64,000 nucleotides of DNA, from positions 1-64,000 of the forward strand of contig CAVWHO010000014.1 of the NCBI GenBank assembly GCA_963754875.1, given 5' to 3'. Every line of letters begins with the position of its first letter. The stretch's first letter is position 1. Positions 51,275 through 61,862 of the stretch are shown one piece after another. This DNA is from Nitrospirota bacterium. Its GTDB lineage: Bacteria; Nitrospirota; UBA9217. The notes under the pieces are model-generated. The model was not told the DNA's origin and did not search any database. It saw nothing but the letters and a program-made list of their open reading frames with translations. The position numbers were made by a program, and so were the translations under genes.

Positions 51275-54200
51275 TTACGCTGTCTCCCAGTTCTTCTTTT
51301 CTACTATATAATAGAAGACCGGGATGACCACCAGGGTGAGTGCCGTGGACGCCAGCATCCCGAAGATGAGCGCCAGGGCCAGACCTGACCAGACCGGGTC
51401 AGTCACAATCACGGCTGAGCCGAGGATGGCGGCCGCGGCCGTGAGCACGATCGGACGGGTCCGGATGGCTCCGGCCTCGATGAGCGCCTGTTCGAGCGGC
51501 AAGCCTTCCTGTTTCTTGTCCAGGATGAATTCGAGCAGGACGATCGAGTTCCTTACCACGATGCCGGCCAATGCGATCACGCCGATCATCGACGTTGCGC
51601 TGAAATACACGTTGGTCATGGCAAAGCCGGGCATGATGCCGATCATCGAGAGCGGGATCGACGCCATGATGACGAGCGGGATCGTAAAGGACCGGAAACG
51701 GCCGACCAGCAGAAGGTAGATCGCGATCAGGGCCACGCCCATGGCCGCACCGAGGTCTCGGAACACATCAAGCGTCAGCTTCATCTCTCCGTCCCATTTG
51801 ATCCTGTACCCCCCGGGCAGCGGATGCTTCCAGAGATACTGCATCATATCGATGACGGCATAGACCTGGCTCCTGTTGCCCATTTCGCCGTACACATAGG
51901 TCACGGGCTGCAGGTCTTTGTGATAGATCGCCTTGTCCATTTCCGACGGCACGATCTTCACGAGCGACGAGAGCGGGACCTGGTTTCCCTGCTGCCCGGT
52001 GAGATAGACCTTGTCCATGTCCGAGAGGCCGCTGCGGTCGCCCTTGGGCAGGCGCAGCATGATCGCGACGGGGGTCTTTGCCGAAGGAACATGCAGGGTC
52101 GAGATTGCCATGCCGGCCACGGACAGTTGCAGGGTCTTGGTGATCAGCTCCGTCGATACGCCGGCAAGGGCGGCCTTTTCCTTGTCCACGAGCAGCTGGT
52201 ATTTGTCCTGCTTTTCCTTGACGCTGTCGTCGATGTCCACGACCTGGTCTGTCTTCGCAAAGAGCGTTTTGACGTCCTGAGCTATCTCGCGCTGCTTGTT
52301 GTAGTCCGGTCCGTAGATCTCGGCCACGACCGTGGCGCGGACCGGCGGCCCGGGCGGATCCTCCACGAGCTTGATGTTCGCGCCGTACTCCTCTGCGAGC
52401 CTGACGATGCCGGGCCTGATGTTAAGCACGAGCTTCTCGCTCGACAGTTTCCGGTCTTCCTTGTCGACCAGGTTCACGCGGATGTCGGCGAAATGGCTCG
52501 CTTCGCGGAACGCGCCGCCGCGCAAAAGGCCGTTGAAGTCCATGACCGAGCCCGTTCCCACGAAGGTCTCGTAATCTTTCACCTCGGGGATACGGCGGAT
52601 ATAATCGCCTACGGCCCGTGCAACGCGGTCGGTGTTCTCGATCACCGTGCCCGGCGGCATATCGATGGACACGAGGAAGGTGTTCTTGTTCGCTTTCGGC
52701 AGCATGCGGAATTTCACCCACTGGAACAGGGGAAAACTCATGGTGATCACGAAGACGGTCAGGATGACGGCAAGAAAGATCCTGCGCTTGGCCGGATTTT
52801 GCAAGAGCGGCGCGAGGACCTTTCTGTACATCCGGTAAATTTTAGTTTCCTCGAGAGAGGGCGGGTTCCCGTGATGGTCCGCCTTCATCAACCGGTAGCT
52901 CGCCCAGGGAGTCACGACGAAGGCGACAAAGAGCGAGGTGATCATGGCCACCGGCACATTGAAGGGGATCGGCATCATGTAGGGACCCATCATGCCCGTG
53001 ACGAAGGCCATGGGAATGAAAGCGAGCACGACGGTCAGGGTCGCCAGGATCGTGGGCATGCCGATTTCGTTCACCGCGAGGATTGCGCCCTGGAGCCTGG
53101 AATGCTGCTGCAACTTGTAATGCCGGTGAATGTTCTCGACTACAACGATCGCATCATCCACGAGCAGACCCAACGAAAGAATCAAGGCAAACAGCGTGAT
53201 CCGGTTGATGGTCTGGCCCGCCACCATGCCCACAGCGAGCGTAATAAAGAGGGTGAGCGGTATGGCCAGCGCAACGATGGCAGCCTCGCGCCACCCGAGG
53301 GTAAAGAACAGCAGGATGATGACGACGATGATCGATACCACGAGGTGGAACACGAGCTCATTCACCGCGTCGTTCGCGGTCTTGCCGTCGTTCCGGGTGA
53401 CCGTAACGGTGATTCCTGAAGGAATCTGGGTCTTTTTCAATTCGTCGAGTTTCGCAAGGATCTCGTTCGATATCTTGACTGCGTTCAGTTTTTGGCGCTT
53501 GGCCAGGGCCACGGTCACGGCAGGGAGCTCGCCGGCAGCGGACCCGTTCAATTTGACATCAGCGTGTTCGCCGTGGTTGCCGGTGAAGGCGATGCGCGTG
53601 AGCTTCACTGTTTCTTCGAAACCGTCCGTCACGTCGGCCACGTCGCCGAGATACACGGGCTTGTTGTTCGCTATGCCCACGACGGCGTTTTTTACGTCAT
53701 TTGATTTTTCAAAGAACCCCCCGGTTTCGAGAACGAGTTTCTTGCTGCCTTGTTCGAGATCGCCGGACAGGAGGTTGGCGTTCGACATGCTGATGGCCCC
53801 CGCAATCTGGAGCGGTGAGAGGCCGTAGCCTGCGATGCGGAGCGGGTCGAGGGTCACGCGCACCTGCCGGCTTCTGCCGCCGATGATCGCCGTGTTGCCC
53901 ACACCGGGCACTTTCCGCAGTTCGTCGAGCACGTGGTCGGCGACAAGCCTGAGCTGAGCGTCATCGTAGTTCGTGCCCAGCTGCCCCCGAGAGCGTGATC
54001 GCCACGATGGGCACGTCGTCCACGTCGATGGGTTTCACCAGCGGCTGGGACGCTCCGGGAGGCGACACGTCCATGTTGGACATGAGCTTGTCGTAGAGCT
54101 TGACGAGCGAGCGCTCCTTGTCCTGGCCCACGTAGAACTTTATTGTCACGACGGACATCGAGTTCATGGAGACCGAGTACACGTCCTCCACGCCCGGGAT

Positions 54201-54434
54201 CTCCCAGAGCTTGGCCTCGAGCGGCTTGGAGACGAGTTCCTCGACTTCCTTTGCCGAAGCGCCGGGCATCATGACCATGACGTTCGCTGCGGGCACGGTG
54301 ATCTGCGGGTTTTCTTCCCTCGGCGTGAACCAGAGGGCAAAGAGCCCCAGGATCGCCGTGGCAGCCATGAGCAGCACGGTGAGCTGGGAGTTGATGAAGT
54401 ATTGCGTTATCTTGCCGCTGATGTTGAGTTTCAT
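51275..54434 (-). CDS. RND efflux permease (AcrB/CusA superfamily), frameshifted near 53930-53980
   Basis: PREENPQI, GLLVDDAIVVVEN, GIVVRNSI and RTRPIVLT. Confidence 0.93.
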
Positions 54435-54634
54435 GAATTATCCTAAAATAATGATGCAAGATCCACGATTCTGGATTCGTGCAGTAGATTTTATTTTTGC
54501 ATCCTTCGCGCTGGTTCAGGCTTGCAGCCTGAACCATTCGTTAAGGTTTTGGTTCAATCTGAAAGATTGAACTAGCTTCAGGCGGTCAAAACCCTGCTGC
54601 ATGTTACTTGACCTTGTCTTCGAAATTCCGTGTT

Positions 54635-55698
54635 TTACTTTTGTGCCACAACGACTTTCTTGCCGTCGATGCTCGCGGTCTGCTTGCTCACGATCACCGT
54701 ATCGCCCGGTTTCAAGCCCGTTACCGCCTCGACAGCATCGCCCTGCTCCTCGCCGAGTTGGACCATCTGGAAGACGGCGTTGCCGTCATTCGAGACGATG
54801 TAGACGCCCGAGAGTCCGGACATGGTTACCACGGCAGAGCGGGGTATCAGGATCGCGTCGCGTTTGCCGGTGCTGAAATAGGCCTTGCCGTACATGCCGG
54901 TGATCAGGCCTTTATCGGCCGGGACATCGATTTTGACCACGAACGAGTGGGTCCGCATGTCGGCCGCCGGGACCACCTGTGCTACCCGTGCATTGATGTC
55001 TTTGCCGGGCATGGCGTCAATCCGGACCGTCACGTGCTTTCCCGGTTCTATGAAACGGAGGTCCTGTTCTCTTACCGTTACTTCGAGCCGGAGGTTTTTA
55101 TTGTCTTCGATCTTCAAGACCGGCTGGCCCGGCAGCGCCATCTCGCCGAGGTTGATTCTTTTCTCGACGACCTGCCCGGCGATCGGCGCAGTGATGATCG
55201 TGTAGCTTTCCATGGCCTTGGCCGCGTTCAGGCCCGCCTTGGCTGATTCCAGTCCGAGCGTCGCCTGGTCCATCTCCATCCGGGTGGCAGCCTGCTCGTC
55301 GAAGAGGCTCTTGATGCGGTCATACTGGAGCTTCGCGTTGTTGTATGCGGCCTGGGCCTGGTAGGCCTGGGCGCTGATCTCGCCGCTTTCTATCTTGAGC
55401 AGCAGCTTGCCCTGGTTCACAAAATCTCCCTCGTTCACCGTGAGCGCCACGACCTTGCCCATGATCTTGCTGGACAGGACGGAAGTGTTCTTAGAGTTGA
55501 GCGCTCCCGGCGGCAGACATGAACGGCATCAATGGTCCTGTTTTCGACCGTAAAAGCCGAGACCGGGATCGGGATTTCAGTCTTCGGTACAGCGGCGTAG
55601 CTGTTCTCTTTGCCGAAGGAAATGTATCCTATGCCGAGTACTACCAGTGCAGCGACAAAGGACGCAGTGTAGACGATTTTTTTGTTCATGTTCTTCAT
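54635..55698 (-). CDS. RND periplasmic adaptor (MFP), frameshift near 55500
   Basis: GKVVALTVNEGD, ITAPIAG and EAVTGLKPGD; N-terminal TM in another frame. Confidence 0.88.
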
Positions 55699-55743
55699 TT
55701 TTTCTTTTAAGATTTTGATGTCCATGATGTTCTCCCTGGTATT

Positions 55744-55805
55744 TACTCTGAACTCTGTACTCTGAACTGTGGACTCTTTTGTACCCTGAACCCTGAACTG
55801 TGTAC
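55744..55805 (+). repeat. Degenerate heptamer tandem repeat (CTGAACT)n
   Basis: ACTCTGAACTCTGTACTCTGAACTGTG...CCCTGAACCCTGAACTGTG. Confidence 0.75.
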
Positions 55806-55814
55806 TTCGTACTG

Positions 55815-57174
55815 TTACAACGTTCCCGTCGCCAGCTTCAGTTCCGCATGGGCGATATTGTTGTCGTAGAGAGCCTGGAGTGCGTTCGTGCGCGCACGAA
55901 TGAGCGAGTTCTCCGCGCCGAGCACGTCAACAAACGTCGTCATGCCCGTCTCGTACCGCTTCTGCACGATCCGAAGTCCTTCCTCGGCTTCCTGCTCCGA
56001 AGACGCTGATGCCGCGATCCGGTCGAGGGACGCAGTCACATTGTAGTATGCTTGCCTGACCTGGAGCTGTACGGCTGACCGGGTCTGCTCTTCCAATGAT
56101 CTCATTTTGCTGCTTGTTGCCAGAGACTCCTTTACTTTCGATCGGGTAACCAGGCCGTCAAAGAGGTTCCACTGGAGCACTGCCATGACTGCCCAGCTTT
56201 TTGCATCGTCTCCGGCAAACTTATCGCTGTTCCAGTCCATTTGACCCATCACGTTCAGGCTCGGAACATAATCGGTGCGCGCCATGGTCACCGACTTTTC
56301 GGCGTTCCTCCGGTTCAAGTCCATGGACTTAAGGTCCGGCCGGTTGGTCGAGGCCTCGTCGATCATGGCGTTCAATTCTGCTTTCAGCTCCTGGACCGTG
56401 AGCGCTCCGGATACTTCATACTCGGCGCCCTGCGAAACACCCATGGCAAAATTGAGCGCTGCTGACGCAAGCTTGACGCCGTTCTCTGCACGTGTGAGCA
56501 TTTCCTTTACTTCAGCCAGCTGCACTTTGGCCCGGAGGAGGTCCGACTGGAGCACTGCGCCTGCTTTGTACCGCGCCTGTGCGAGTTTCACGTTCGCCTC
56601 GCTCGTATCAGGGACTGGAGCGCGACGCGCTGGTACTCCTTGGCAAGCAGCAGACCATAGTAGGCTTTGATCACGTTGTAGATCTGTTTCCTGCTTCGTC
56701 CGTTCGCGGTCCTGGATCGATGCTTCTTTCGCGAGCCTGGCCTGGTTCCTGCCGATGTATTCCTTGCCGCCGTTGAAGACCGGCTGCATGACCGAGATCC
56801 TCGTGTTGTAGTTCGATATCGCTTCGGGATTGTTTATGACCGCGGGATTGAAATCCGCCGGAGTAATGATCTCCTGGTTCAGCTTCGTCCCGAGTGCCAT
56901 GAGCGGGTTGTCTGTCCTGCTCCAGGTTTCGGAGAGGGTGACCTTCGGCAGAAAACCTGACGTTGACCGGAGTACGCCTGCATCGGCTGCTTCGATCTGC
57001 GAGTCTGCCGCCTTGAGCCCCGGATTATGGCCGAGCGCTGTACTGATCGCCTGATCAAGGGTGAGCGTCTCTGCAGCGTAGCTGTAAGCGGCCACGACAA
57101 AGGTCAGCAGAAGGACGAGCAGAAGGAAAAAACTGAATGATCGCGATCCGGCATTTCCCTGATTTTGTTTTCAT
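55815..57174 (-). CDS. TolC-family outer membrane efflux protein (small frameshifts)
   Basis: LDQAISTALGHNP, NRPDL, WNLFDG and RYETG. Confidence 0.9.
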
Positions 57175-57179
57175 TTTTG

Positions 57180-57516
57180 CTAAGCTTTCGCCAGAGAAAC
57201 ACTGTTGGCCATGTTCCATAGCATGATCCCGCCTTCAAGATTGTTGACTTTGTATCCCATGCGCGAAAGATAGGAACACGCATAGGCGCTCCGGTTTCCT
57301 ACCCTGCAGTAGACGACGATCTCCTTGTTCTTGGGGAGTTCATCCACACGGTACCCGAGTTCCTGGAGCGGGAGCAGGTAAGATCCTTTTATGGATTCGG
57401 CTGCATGCTCCTGCGGTGTTCTAACGTCGAGCAGGAGAAAGTTTTCCCCTGATTTAATTTTTGTCGTTTAATTCCTCAGGGCCTATGTTCTTGCACCCAT
57501 TGCTGTTGAAAAACAT
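57180..57516 (-). CDS. Single-domain rhodanese (absent from ORF track; frameshift in A-run near 57460)
   Basis: Manual translation: LLLDVRTPQEH..IVVYCRVGNRS..NLEGGIMLW; AAGGAGG RBS. Confidence 0.88.
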
Positions 57517-57566
57517 AATGTCCTCCTTACGTAATGTCCTTCTTTAAAGAGAAGGTAAAGAAGCCC

Positions 57567-57638
57567 GAACAATGGACACTATCAGGGGCTTTCCTCCGGG
57601 GTAGGAAGGAGAGGGGGGAGTGACAGTGCCCATTGTTC
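57567..57638 (-). ncRNA. Candidate structured leader or small RNA
   Basis: 18-bp stem closed by two G-U pairs only on the minus strand; C/U-rich loop. Confidence 0.45.
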
Positions 57639-57657
57639 ATGCTTTGCTGTAATCTAT

Positions 57658-57675
57658 TACAATGATTGTGCCAAA
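57658..57675 (-). promoter_or_regulatory. sigma54-like -24/-12 promoter
   Basis: TTTGGCAC-AATCA-TTGTA versus consensus TGGCAC-N5-TTGCW (one mismatch at -12). Confidence 0.6.
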
Positions 57676-57969
57676 CTGAATCATATTGTTTTTAAAGGAT
57701 TTTATGACCAATGATGGATGTATGCGAATTTATAGGAGGAAAATATTGTCGAATGCAGAAAGCAATTATTTCTGTAAACCTCTTGATTTGTCGTGGTTTA
57801 AAGTATTCGACATTTTTGTCACTCATGTTCTTTTTTTCGACGAATCGTCGTAAAATAAATCCCGAACCTGACTTGAGCGGAGTGATGCCAATAATGCCTG
57901 AAAAGATTTTATTCTTGAACCAGTCTGTGCTTTGTGTTAAATTTGACACAGTCTTTGGTGGAGAATTGG

Positions 57970-58539
57970 ATGAGAATAACTCTACTGCCGGTTGTCATGA
58001 TATTTTTGCTTTTCGGGCCATCGAACGCTAAGGCAGAGCAGACGGTGTCCCGTGAGTTTGCGAATGCAAACAAATTGTTCTCTGAGGCGAGGTATAGTGA
58101 CGCCCTGACTGTGTATCAGCGCCTGTTCGGTTCCCGAACCGGCAGTGTTTCTTCAGGAGCCCTCTGTACACGGATCGGCGACTGCTATTTCCGCCTCGCG
58201 GATTATAAAAACGCTATACAATCTTATCGATCTGCATTGCAGTACCAGAAAAATCCCGAACGTGCTGCTACGCAGTATTGGATTGGGGTCAGCACCTTTC
58301 TGCGCGGCAATGATGCTGATGCTGTTGCTGAATTTTTGAAAATACCGGAGCTCTATCCAACATCGGGTATGTGGGTCAGTACGGCATACTATTGGGCAGG
58401 TAAAGTATGCGAACGCATGGGGAAAAAGGACCAGGCCGCGGCATATTATCGCAAGGCCGGTGGAACGGGCGCATCGACCCATGAACGCTTTGCGCTCAAG
58501 AAGGCGGAGACCGTAAAAAAAGGGGCGAGTAGCAAGTAG
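57970..58539 (+). CDS. Secreted TPR protein (CpoB/YbgF-like)
   Basis: Signal peptide AKA-E; TPR repeats. Confidence 0.8.
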   Translation: MRITLLPVVMIFLLFGPSNAKAEQTVSREFANANKLFSEARYSDALTVYQRLFGSRTGSVSSGALCTRIGDCYFRLADYKNAIQSYRSALQYQKNPERAATQYWIGVSTFLRGNDADAVAEFLKIPELYPTSGMWVSTAYYWAGKVCERMGKKDQAAAYYRKAGGTGASTHERFALKKAETVKKGASSK

Positions 58540-58597
58540 CAAGTGGATCCACTGTTTTTCTTGCCTCCTGCGGCATGACCCTTGACCCTATCTTTTT

Positions 58598-60304
58598 ATG
58601 TTAAAAGAACTGAACATAAAAAACTTCGCCATCATCGACCAGCTGCGCGTTGAGTTCAGGCCGGGGCTGAACGTTTTTACCGGCGAAACCGGAGCGGGCA
58701 AGTCCATCGTTGTCGACGCGCTCAACCTCGCGCTGGGTGAACGGGCGAACGCGGACCTTATCCGCACGGGCTGCCAGGAGGCGGTAGTCGAGGCAGCCTT
58801 CGAATTGAACCACGCCGGCACGAAGGAGGTTGCTCTTCTGCTCGCGGAGCAGGGCATCGAAGTAAATCCCGATGAAGACCTGATCGTGCGCAGGGTGCTC
58901 TCATCGTCGGGCAAGAACAAAGTCTATATCAACGGGAGTCTCGCAAATCTCACGACTCTTTCCGCGCTCGGTACGAACCTTGCGGACATCCACGGGCAGC
59001 ATGAACACCAGTCACTTCTGTCCCTCGACCGCCAGTTGGACATGCTTGATGCCTTCGGCGGGCTCGACAGCCTCCGCGAAGGCTTCGCCGGCGCTTATGG
59101 CCGTTTGCAGGGCGTACGAAAGGAACTGGCGGAGCTCGAAACAGGGGAACGCGACAGGGCGCAGCGAGAAGACATGCTGCGGTTCCAGAAAAATGAGATC
59201 GAAGCGGCCATGCTCAAGCCCGCAGAGGACGCAGATCTTACGGGCGAGCAGCACGTTCTGGCCAATTCGGAGAAGCTGGCCGGACTCGCAGCCATGGTGG
59301 ATGAGACGTTGTATGCGGCCGATAATTCGGTGCTTGCCAACCTGAAAAAGGCGGTCAACGGGCTGAAAGAAATCGCCGAAATCGACGCCCGGCTTGCGGG
59401 CGCCGCCCAGCTGTGCGAGTCGGGCAGGGCACAGATTGAAGAGGCCGCCCGCGAAATGTCTTCCTACCGGGAGAGCGTCGAGTTTGATCCGAAACGCCTT
59501 GAGCAGATCGGCGACCGGCTTGATGTGATCCAGAAATTGAAGAAAAAATACGGCGGCACGATAGAAGAAATACTGGAATTCGGCGCAAAGGCTGCTGCTG
59601 AACTCGGGCGCATGGAGCGGAGCACCGAGGAGATCGAGCGTCTGAAGTCGGAAATTCAGGCGATCAAGTTCGGGTTGACCGATAAAGCGGCGGAACTCAC
59701 CAAGAAGCGAGGTGCCTCGGCGAAGGACCTTGAAAAAAAAATCGAGGCGGAGCTTGGCCACCTCGGCATGAAGAAGACGACCTTCTCCGTGAAGATCACC
59801 CAGGAATCCGGAGGCGATACGCTCGACGGCCGCAAGCTGGGGCCGCGCGGCGGGGACCGCGTGGAATTCCTCATCTCGCCGAACCCCGGAGAAGAGCCGA
59901 AACCGCTCGCGAAGATCGCCTCGGGCGGCGAGCTCTCCCGCATCATGCTGGCCCTCAAGACCATTCTTGTGGAGGGTGACGAAATCCCCACACTCGTGTT
60001 CGACGAAGTCGATGCCGGCATCGGGGGAGCGGTCGCAGAGGAAGTCGGGAAGAAACTCAAGCGAATTGCGGCAAAACACCAGGTCTTCTGCATCACCCAC
60101 TTGGCGCAGATCGCGAGCATGGCCGCGAGCCACTACGGGGTGGCCAAATCGGTCAAGAAGGACCGGACGAGTACCGAAGTGCGGCTTCTCGATGCCAAAG
60201 AGCGCGTGGACGAGATCGCCCGTATGCTCGGGGGAAAGACGATAACGGACGCGACGATCAAGCATGCCGAGGAAATGATTACGCGCGGAAGCGCGGCATC
60301 ATAA
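58598..60304 (+). CDS. recN: DNA repair protein RecN
   Basis: TGETGAGKS, HGQHEHQ, ASGGELSR, FDEVDAG and ITHLAQ. Confidence 0.98.
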   Translation: MLKELNIKNFAIIDQLRVEFRPGLNVFTGETGAGKSIVVDALNLALGERANADLIRTGCQEAVVEAAFELNHAGTKEVALLLAEQGIEVNPDEDLIVRRVLSSSGKNKVYINGSLANLTTLSALGTNLADIHGQHEHQSLLSLDRQLDMLDAFGGLDSLREGFAGAYGRLQGVRKELAELETGERDRAQREDMLRFQKNEIEAAMLKPAEDADLTGEQHVLANSEKLAGLAAMVDETLYAADNSVLANLKKAVNGLKEIAEIDARLAGAAQLCESGRAQIEEAAREMSSYRESVEFDPKRLEQIGDRLDVIQKLKKKYGGTIEEILEFGAKAAAELGRMERSTEEIERLKSEIQAIKFGLTDKAAELTKKRGASAKDLEKKIEAELGHLGMKKTTFSVKITQESGGDTLDGRKLGPRGGDRVEFLISPNPGEEPKPLAKIASGGELSRIMLALKTILVEGDEIPTLVFDEVDAGIGGAVAEEVGKKLKRIAAKHQVFCITHLAQIASMAASHYGVAKSVKKDRTSTEVRLLDAKERVDEIARMLGGKTITDATIKHAEEMITRGSAAS

Positions 60305-60414
60305 GTTCAGAGTGCATAGTTCAGAGTGCATAGTTCAGAGTTCAGAGTTCAGAGTTTAAGGAAAGAGTTTCGACCGATTTCATACGCTGAACTGTGAACT
60401 CTGAACTTTGAACT
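60304..60414. repeat. Inverted heptamer arrays (AGTTCAG)n...(CTGAACT)n
   Basis: Read directly. Confidence 0.85.
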
Positions 60415-60433
60415 TTTTTTGGAGAAAATTATT

Positions 60434-60640
60434 ATGGGCAAGGTTGTCATCAATTTAGACTATTGCAAAGGCTGTGAGCTTTGCACGACGGCGTGTGCAA
60501 AAAAACTTTTGAAGATCGGCACGCAATTCAATAAAAGCGGGTACTACGCCGTGGAGTACTGCGGTGAAGAAGGCGAATGTACGGGCTGCGCGCTCTGCGC
60601 CGAGATGTGCCCCGACGTTGCGATCGAAGTATGGAAGTAA
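60434..60640 (+). CDS. 2x[4Fe-4S] ferredoxin (2-oxoacid oxidoreductase delta-like)
   Basis: CKGCELCTTAC and CTGCALCAEMCP. Confidence 0.93.
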   Translation: MGKVVINLDYCKGCELCTTACAKKLLKIGTQFNKSGYYAVEYCGEEGECTGCALCAEMCPDVAIEVWK

Positions 60641-60745
60641 GACAGGCCGATACGTGATTCTTGGTGCGTGACAGCGGCAACCTGTATCATGAACCATGCA
60701 CCATATTCCGGATGCAGAACCGCGTCCGTTGGAGAAGGGGAAGAA

Positions 60746-61837
60746 ATGCCCAAGGTACTAATCACTGGTAACGAGGCCCTTGCCGAAGCCGCAGTAAGGG
60801 CCGGGTGCAAGCGCTACTTCGGATATCCCATTACTCCCCAGAACGAGATCCCGGAATTCATGGCGAAACGTTTGCCGGAAATCGGCGGCACGTTCATCCA
60901 GGCCGAAAGCGAGATCGCGTCGATCAATATGGTATACGGCGCCGCTGCTGTCGGAGAGCGCGCCATGACCTCGTCATCGAGCCCGGGCATCAGCCTCATG
61001 CAGGAGGCGCTCTCCTTTATGGCGGCGTCGGAGCTGCCGGCAGTGGTCGTGAACATGCAGCGCGGCGGACCGGGGCTCGGGAACATTTCTCCGTCCCAGG
61101 CGGATTACTTCCAGGCAGTCAAAGGTGGAGGCCACGGCGACTACAAGCTGCTCGTCTACGCACCCTCGACGATCCAGGAAATCGTGGATTTGACGGTCCG
61201 GGCCTTCGACAAGGCAGATGAGTACCGTAATCCCGTCATGATTCTGGGAGACGGTGTGCTCGGCCAGATGATGGAACCCGTTGAATTGCCGGACATCAAA
61301 CCCCTGCAGGTGGACAAACCCTGGGCATTGACCGGGGCCAAAGGCAGGCCGGGAAAGGTGATCCGTTCGCTCTTCATGCTTCCCGGCGAGGACGGGATGC
61401 TGGAGCGCCACAACTATAAGCTGAAGGCCAAGTACGACCGCATGTGCGAACAGGAAGTGATGTGCGAGACGGTGCTGACCGACGATGCCGATATTGTGCT
61501 CGTGGCCTTCGGTACCTCTGCGCGTATTGCCAAGACCGCCGTTCACCTTGCACGGGCCGAAGGAATCAAGGCCGGCCTCATCCGGCCGATCACGCTCTTC
61601 CCGTTCCCGGAAAAGATCATTGCCAAAATCGCCGAACATGCAGAGCGCTTTCTTGTAGTCGAGATGAACCTGGGCCAGATGGTCGAAGACGTGCGTTTGT
61701 CGGTGAACGGCAGGGCGCCGGTCGCCTTTTACGGCAGGCCGGGCGGGGCCGTGCTCGCGGTTGAAGACATCCTGATCGAGATCCAGAACCTGGTACCCGG
61801 CAGGAAAAGAGAAAAATTGCACGCTGTTGCCGAATGA
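60746..61837 (+). CDS. vorB: 2-oxoacid:ferredoxin oxidoreductase alpha subunit (VorB-like)
   Basis: GNEALAEAA, GYPITPQ, QAESE, TSSSSPG and VEMNLGQM. Confidence 0.88.
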   Translation: MPKVLITGNEALAEAAVRAGCKRYFGYPITPQNEIPEFMAKRLPEIGGTFIQAESEIASINMVYGAAAVGERAMTSSSSPGISLMQEALSFMAASELPAVVVNMQRGGPGLGNISPSQADYFQAVKGGGHGDYKLLVYAPSTIQEIVDLTVRAFDKADEYRNPVMILGDGVLGQMMEPVELPDIKPLQVDKPWALTGAKGRPGKVIRSLFMLPGEDGMLERHNYKLKAKYDRMCEQEVMCETVLTDDADIVLVAFGTSARIAKTAVHLARAEGIKAGLIRPITLFPFPEKIIAKIAEHAERFLVVEMNLGQMVEDVRLSVNGRAPVAFYGRPGGAVLAVEDILIEIQNLVPGRKREKLHAVAE

Positions 61838-61862
61838 AGTATTGCTCGAGAGGGGATCTTTC

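Noticed and set aside
60304..60414. Heptamer arrays as CRISPR
   Set aside because: 7-bp tandem units with no unique spacers.
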